Assembly (NCBI GenBank): GCA_965215185.1 | Contig: OZ244034.1 | Span: 2,240,001-2,304,000, forward strand | Direction of reading: 5' to 3' | DNA length: 64,000 nucleotides | From: Acidimicrobiia bacterium | Lineage (GTDB): Bacteria; Actinomycetota; Acidimicrobiia; Spongiisociales; ZC4RG35 | Shown: piece by piece, positions 58,772 through 64,000 of the stretch | Position numbering within the stretch: the stretch's first letter is position 1 | Layout of the letters: each line of letters opens with the position of its first letter | Made by a program: the position numbers and the translations under genes | Notes under the pieces: generated by a model | The model's input: only the letters and a program-made list of their open reading frames with translations | What the model was told of the DNA's origin: nothing | The model's database searches: none

Positions 58772-59704
58772 ATGAGAGTACTGGTGACAGGAGCAGGGGG
58801 GTTCTTCGGAAGGGCGCTTGTCCGAGCGTTTGCCCGGGGAGGAGCGAACGTGGTGGCGGCGGACATTCTCCCTCCGCAAGACTTTGCCCCCCGTTCGGAT
58901 ACCCCCAGCGACCGCGTCGAGTACGTGGTACTGGATGTGGGAGACCCAGACGCCTGGTCGACCGAGGTCACCGGACCGGTGGACGGGATCGTCCATGCCG
59001 CGGCGCTGACCCCCAGCATCCAGGAGGCTCGGGAAGATCCCTCCAAGCTGGTCCGGGTCAACCTGACCGGAACTCTCAACGCTTTGGAGTTCGCCCGAAA
59101 AGAAAACGTGGGCAAATTCCTGTTCATCTCCTCCGCGGGCGTGTACAACCAGTTCGACGAGGAGGTGCTCACCGAGGACGACGGCGACGGCGGCTTCTCG
59201 CTGTACGGTTCGGCCAAGCTGGCCGCCGAGATCATGCTCTACAGGTACGCCGATATGTTCGGATTCGACGCCGGAGCCATTCGCCCCACCTCCATGTACG
59301 GCCCGGCCGAGGAGTTCCGCGACACTCGGCCCTTCGTTACCCAGGCCAAGCAACTGGCCGACGCCGCCATGGATGGGGTCCCGGTGCGGGTGATCGGCAT
59401 GGACGACCGGTGCGACTGGGTGTTCGTGGACGATGTGGCCGAGGGGGCTCAACGATTCTTTATGGGAGGGATGGGAAGTCGCTCATTCGCCTTTTCCTCG
59501 GGAGACCCGATTCCCTTCCGGGATGTGCTGGAAGCGGCTCAAGCCGCATTCGGAGTGGTGGTGGACGATAACGCCGAAATGCTGGTGGACGCCACGCCTG
59601 ACCGAGCCACCACCATCTCCTGCGACAAAGCCCGCGCCGAACTCGGCTGGAACCCGGTGGGAATAGCCGAAGGCATGCGACGCTATGCCGAACTGGGCGG
59701 CTGA
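58772..59704 (+). CDS. NAD-dependent epimerase/dehydratase (extended SDR)
   Basis: TGAGGFFG, HAAA, SSAGVY, YGSAK. Confidence 0.92.
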   Translation: MRVLVTGAGGFFGRALVRAFARGGANVVAADILPPQDFAPRSDTPSDRVEYVVLDVGDPDAWSTEVTGPVDGIVHAAALTPSIQEAREDPSKLVRVNLTGTLNALEFARKENVGKFLFISSAGVYNQFDEEVLTEDDGDGGFSLYGSAKLAAEIMLYRYADMFGFDAGAIRPTSMYGPAEEFRDTRPFVTQAKQLADAAMDGVPVRVIGMDDRCDWVFVDDVAEGAQRFFMGGMGSRSFAFSSGDPIPFRDVLEAAQAAFGVVVDDNAEMLVDATPDRATTISCDKARAELGWNPVGIAEGMRRYAELGG

Positions 59705-59770
59705 TCGCCCCTCAAACCTCTTGATTCGAACAACATCAAACAACCACGAAACCTCAGATATGGAGTCTCA

Positions 59771-60967
59771 ATGAGCCACAGCACACTGCGAACCGCGCTG
59801 GCGGAGCGCACCCTGCGAATTCGCGGCGGACACGAATCCCCCTACTTCCAGATCATACGGAAGGTACAAGGGCGTGACGACATCATCCGTTTGGTGAGAG
59901 GAGAGCCGGATATCCCGACCCCCTCCCACATAATCGAAGCCGCCAAGCGCTGTCTGGACACAGGGCATGTCGGATATACCCCTCCCGGCGGGATGATCGA
60001 GTTGCGGGAAGCCATTGCCCGCAAATTCAAAAAGGACAACAACCTTGAATACGACGCCGAGTCCGAGATACTGGTCACCGCCGGCGCCCAGGAGTCGATG
60101 GCGGTAAGTCTCCAGACTCTTGTGGATCCGGGGGATGAGGTTCTTCTGGCCACCCCTCATTACATGGCCTACCCGGCCAACATCATCATGGCCGGTGGGA
60201 AGATCGTCTATGTGCCCACCGTGGAGGAAGAGGACTTCGAGTTGAAGCCCGAAGCTATCGAAGCCGCCATCACCGACCGCACCAAGCTATTGGTGCTGGT
60301 CACCCCCAACAACCCCACCGCCGGAGTGATAACCGCCGAGACCTTGGAGGCTATTGCCGAGGTGGTGCGGGCCCATCCGGGTCTAGTGGTGATATCGGAC
60401 GAACTGTACGAGAAGGTGGTGTACGACGGCTTCGAGCACGTCAGCTTTGCCACCCTGCCAGGGATGTGGGACCGGACCATAACGATCAACGGGTTTTCCA
60501 AGGCCTACAGCATGACCGGATTCCGCGTTGGTTACATGGCCGGGCCGGCCGACTACATCCTGGCCGCCACCGAGCCGCGCCATTCGCTCAGCATCTCCAC
60601 CTCGCTTCCCTCCCAGCATGGAGCGCTGGCTGCCCTAGAGGGACCTCAGGACTTCCTGGCCGAGATGATGGAGGAGTACCACCAGCGCCGGGCCGTGATG
60701 AGAGCGACTTTCGATGAGTTGGGCGTTACCTACGGCGAGCCCAAGGGCGGGTTCTACTTCTTCGCCAACATCTCGGGATCAGGCATGGACGCCGTTTCTT
60801 TCGCCGAAAAGGCGGTTGATTACGGAATCCTCTTCTCGCCCGGCAACATCTTCGCCGAGGGCGCGGTCAAGTACATCCGCATCTCCTACCTGGCGCCCCG
60901 AGATCAACTGCACGAGGCCATGGACCGCTTCACGCGCCTTTGGAACGACTGCCGGAGCGGCAAGTGA
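59771..60967 (+). CDS. Class I/II PLP aminotransferase
   Basis: GEPD, TPNNPTA, SDELY, GFSKAYSMTGFRVG. Confidence 0.93.
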   Translation: MSHSTLRTALAERTLRIRGGHESPYFQIIRKVQGRDDIIRLVRGEPDIPTPSHIIEAAKRCLDTGHVGYTPPGGMIELREAIARKFKKDNNLEYDAESEILVTAGAQESMAVSLQTLVDPGDEVLLATPHYMAYPANIIMAGGKIVYVPTVEEEDFELKPEAIEAAITDRTKLLVLVTPNNPTAGVITAETLEAIAEVVRAHPGLVVISDELYEKVVYDGFEHVSFATLPGMWDRTITINGFSKAYSMTGFRVGYMAGPADYILAATEPRHSLSISTSLPSQHGALAALEGPQDFLAEMMEEYHQRRAVMRATFDELGVTYGEPKGGFYFFANISGSGMDAVSFAEKAVDYGILFSPGNIFAEGAVKYIRISYLAPRDQLHEAMDRFTRLWNDCRSGK

Positions 60968-61941
60968 GCGGCCCGGCGGTAGCCCTGGTCGAAGAGTTCT
61001 CGCCCGCCCACGTGGCGGCCCTTCGCAATGCCCTCCCCGACGGCGCCACGGTGCTTACCGACGCCGTCGGTTCGGGGACCATCGGACAGGCCGACTACCT
61101 GGTGCTCCGGCAGGAGAGCCTCGACGACGAACAGTTGAACGCCCTCTCCTCCCTCCGGGGAGTGGTCACCATCGACTCGGGGGGCGCCACTGTCTCCCCG
61201 CAGATCTGCGACTCCCTGGGAGTGTGGACCGAAGTCGTCCTGTCTCCCGGGCCAACCAGCGTGGCCGAGCACGCCGTAATGATGATCCTGGCGCTCTTCA
61301 AACGCCTTCCCACTGCTCACCGACGTCTCATGGACGGGGTGATAGTTGAAGGCATGGCGCCGTTCATAACCGATCAAGTGAACTACTCCTACAACTGGGT
61401 GGGCCTGGAGATATTCGAGGCTGTGTTGGGTAAGACAGTGGGGTTGGTCGGTGTCGGCCAGATCGGACGCGTGGCGGCCAAGCTCCTGGTGGCGTTCGGG
61501 GTGGATGTCGTCTACACCAAGCGCAACCGCTTCACTGCAGAAGAGGAGCAGGAGTTGGGCATCCGCTACCTTCCCTTCGAGGAACTCCTGGCCGAGTCGC
61601 ACTGTGTCTCGCTCCATAACCGGTTCACGCCGGAGACCGAGAAGATGATGGGCCCCCGAGAGTTCGCCATGATGCCCCGCGGCTCGTTCTTCGTCAATAC
61701 CGCTCGTGGGCGGTTGGTAGACGAGGACGCCCTGATGGCCGCCCTGCACAGCGGGCATCTGGCGGGCGCCGCACTGGATGTCTTCTGGTGGGAGCCCATC
61801 CTTCCGGACAGTCCTCTCCGGAACACCCCCAACCTCCTGATGACCCCCCATACCGCGGGGACACCCGCCGGCGACACAGTGGCCCTGGAAATGGGCTCCG
61901 CCGGAAGAATCATCCGCCGACGAAATGGAGCGACGAGATGA
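60964..61941 (+). CDS. D-isomer-specific 2-hydroxyacid dehydrogenase
   Basis: SVAEHA, GVGQIG, NTARG, LDVF...EP, TPHTAG; GTG overlaps the upstream stop. Confidence 0.9.
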   Translation: MSGPAVALVEEFSPAHVAALRNALPDGATVLTDAVGSGTIGQADYLVLRQESLDDEQLNALSSLRGVVTIDSGGATVSPQICDSLGVWTEVVLSPGPTSVAEHAVMMILALFKRLPTAHRRLMDGVIVEGMAPFITDQVNYSYNWVGLEIFEAVLGKTVGLVGVGQIGRVAAKLLVAFGVDVVYTKRNRFTAEEEQELGIRYLPFEELLAESHCVSLHNRFTPETEKMMGPREFAMMPRGSFFVNTARGRLVDEDALMAALHSGHLAGAALDVFWWEPILPDSPLRNTPNLLMTPHTAGTPAGDTVALEMGSAGRIIRRRNGATR

Positions 61942-63320
61942 GCGAACAGACCTTTGTCGGCATGCAGGTGGGAGGGATCAGTTTCATCGACGAGGGCATC
62001 GAGGAAACTCTCGACACCTTCGTGGAACTGGCAGGGGTGAACGCCATTTTCATCTCGGCCCTCTCATGGGCGCGGGGTAACGCCGGGCGCTCCGGCAGCG
62101 GCGACTACCCCGACCACGGCGGGCAGGAACCCGACAACCTGCAGGGCGGGGCTTTCTTCCCGCCCAATCCCAAGTACTACCACGGCACGTCCATCAAGGA
62201 CTTCACCGCCCCCGATCCCCTCTATGAGGGCTGGGACATCCTGGGCGACGTGATTCCCGCCGCCCGGGAAAGAGGCATGGAAGTCTTTCCCTACTACTGC
62301 GAGACCGCCCACGTCAATCCCAAGGCGCTCTGGCAACCGGGTTTCGCCCAGGTGCTGGAGATTGACCCGTGGGGCCGAAAGGCCAGCCGTCCATGTCTTT
62401 ACAACCCCGACTACCGGAACTGGTGGTTCGGGGTGATCGACAACTGGCTGAGCGAGTACGACCTGAGCGGGATGCTGTGGGGAATCGAGCGGGAAGACCC
62501 TCTGTCCTCGATGATCGTCAGCAACGAAGTACCCACGTGCTTCTGCGCCCACTGCCGCTCGGAAGCCCACCGCCGCAACATCGACGCCGGGCGGGCGGCC
62601 GAGGGGTATCGGAAGATCAGCGATTACCTCAGCGCAGTACGGGCTGGCTACCAGCCTCGCGACGGGAAGCTGATCACATTCCTGCGGCATCTGTTCGAGT
62701 ACCCCGAGGTCTCGCAGTGGCAGAAGCTGTGGTGGGACGGTCACAAGGATCTCTACCGGGAAATCTCCGGCCTGATCCGCTACTTCGGCGACGACTACCA
62801 GGTGGGCTTAGGCATCTGGCAGATGATCAATACCTTCAATCCGCTGCTGCGAGCGGCCCACGATCCCGCCGAGTACAAGCTGTACGCCGACTGGCTGAAG
62901 CCGGTGTTCTACAACGCACCGGGTGGCGCACGGTTCGCCAAATTCGTGACCAACCTGTGCCAGACCATCCTGGGCGATGCCAGTCCCGCAGAGTGGACAC
63001 CGATCCTCTACAAGATTCTCGGCCTGGACGAGGCGCCCTTCGAGGACCTGCCTCCCACCGGTTTCAGCCCCAAATATGTCGCCGATTTCACCCGCCGCTA
63101 CGTAGAAGCGGTGGGACCCGAGGTGGCTGTCTATCCCGGCATCGGGCTGGGAGTGGAGACTGTGGCCCGAGACATCTCTCCCGCCGACTGTGAGGCTATG
63201 GTCGAAGCCTCTTTCGAAGGCGGCGCCGAAGGTGTGATGATCTCTCGCAATTATTCGGAATTGACCCTCCCCAACTTGGCCGCGGTGGGAACCGCCCTAC
63301 GCCGCCTCGGAAAAATCTGA
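61938..63320 (+). CDS. Uncharacterised glycoside-hydrolase-like TIM-barrel protein
   Basis: PCLYNPDYRNW, LSGMLWGIER, CFCAHC, VYPGIG; ATGA-coupled; no signal peptide. Confidence 0.7.
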   Translation: MSEQTFVGMQVGGISFIDEGIEETLDTFVELAGVNAIFISALSWARGNAGRSGSGDYPDHGGQEPDNLQGGAFFPPNPKYYHGTSIKDFTAPDPLYEGWDILGDVIPAARERGMEVFPYYCETAHVNPKALWQPGFAQVLEIDPWGRKASRPCLYNPDYRNWWFGVIDNWLSEYDLSGMLWGIEREDPLSSMIVSNEVPTCFCAHCRSEAHRRNIDAGRAAEGYRKISDYLSAVRAGYQPRDGKLITFLRHLFEYPEVSQWQKLWWDGHKDLYREISGLIRYFGDDYQVGLGIWQMINTFNPLLRAAHDPAEYKLYADWLKPVFYNAPGGARFAKFVTNLCQTILGDASPAEWTPILYKILGLDEAPFEDLPPTGFSPKYVADFTRRYVEAVGPEVAVYPGIGLGVETVARDISPADCEAMVEASFEGGAEGVMISRNYSELTLPNLAAVGTALRRLGKI

Positions 63321-63346
63321 TCCGCAACATGAAAGGAACACAACCT

Positions 63347-64000
63347 GTGCGCACAATTCTCAAAGGCGGCGTCGTCGTAAATCTGGACGGCGGGCCCTCG
63401 GAGCAACAAGACCTGGTCATCGAAGGCGAGCAGATCGTCTCGGTAGGAGCAGTGCAAGCCCAGGCGGGCGACAACGTGGTGGATGTATCCGGCATGTACC
63501 TGCTGCCTGGACTGGTGAACTGCCACGTCCATCTGGGGTGGGATGGAACCCACGACCTGGAGGATCAGGCCAACGAATCACCGGCAGTTAATGCAATGAA
63601 GGCGGTGATGAACATCCACCGCACCCTGTCGGCCGGGGTCACCACCATTCGTGACCTGGGCATGAACAACGCCAACATCGACGCCAAGACCGCCATCGAC
63701 AACGGCTGGGCGCCGTGGATTCGCCTGTTCCCCAACGGACGCGCCATCTGCACCACCGGCGGGCACACCTGGTGGTGCTGCCGGGAAGCCGACGGGATCT
63801 ACGGAGTGCGCAAGGCCATCCGGGAGCAGTTCAAGGCTGGCGCCCAGTGGATCAAGATCATGGGATCGCACGAAGAAGTGCAGTTCACCACGGACGAATT
63901 GCGCGCCATGTGCGAAGAGGCCCACCAGAACGGGATGAAGGTCACCGCCCACGCCACTTTCGATGAAGCCATCTCGAGAGTAGTGGACGCCGGAGTGGAC
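63347..64000 (+). CDS. Metal-dependent amidohydrolase (partial, runs off the window)
   Basis: My translation from GTG 63347: LLPGLVNCHVHL, GVTTIRDLG, TGGH, WIKIM, VTAHA. Confidence 0.9.
   Translation, partial: MRTILKGGVVVNLDGGPSEQQDLVIEGEQIVSVGAVQAQAGDNVVDVSGMYLLPGLVNCHVHLGWDGTHDLEDQANESPAVNAMKAVMNIHRTLSAGVTTIRDLGMNNANIDAKTAIDNGWAPWIRLFPNGRAICTTGGHTWWCCREADGIYGVRKAIREQFKAGAQWIKIMGSHEEVQFTTDELRAMCEEAHQNGMKVTAHATFDEAISRVVDAGVD

Overview
High-GC chromosomal segment, most consistent with an actinomycete (probably Acidimicrobiia, judged from senX3/regX3, a DUF222 element and gene style; inference). Left part: a frameshifted NCS2 permease with a C-terminal HATPase-like domain, two SLC13/TrkA-C transporters, tRNA-Arg(ACG), VOC and FAD oxidoreductase genes, and a full phosphate cluster (ppk1-pstSCAB-phoU-regX3-senX3) with PHO-box repeats. 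Then acyl-CoA dehydrogenase, fabF and trmL. An integrase-free accessory patch (about 22.3-29.9 kb) holds a deleted DUF222 element, an MTase-nuclease fusion, fragments of a DISARM DrmA-like helicase and a KAP NTPase, and an intact PLD-nuclease/P-loop ATPase gene. The middle carries a nucleobase-catabolism divergon (XdhD-like, SsnA-like, short YgfK-like, two carbamoylases, nucleoside ABC transporter with an internally duplicated BMP). The right part has MarR paralogs, MscS, paaK and a large catabolic divergon of unknown substrate interrupted by a pyrE-like two-gene cassette. Main leads: (1) repeated short insertions copied from nearby DNA that frameshift genes, including ppk1; (2) the PLD-ATPase candidate defence gene behind a PafBC-type promoter; (3) the variant purine/pyrimidine and amidase pathways. 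All calls come from reading motifs by eye; no database searches were run.
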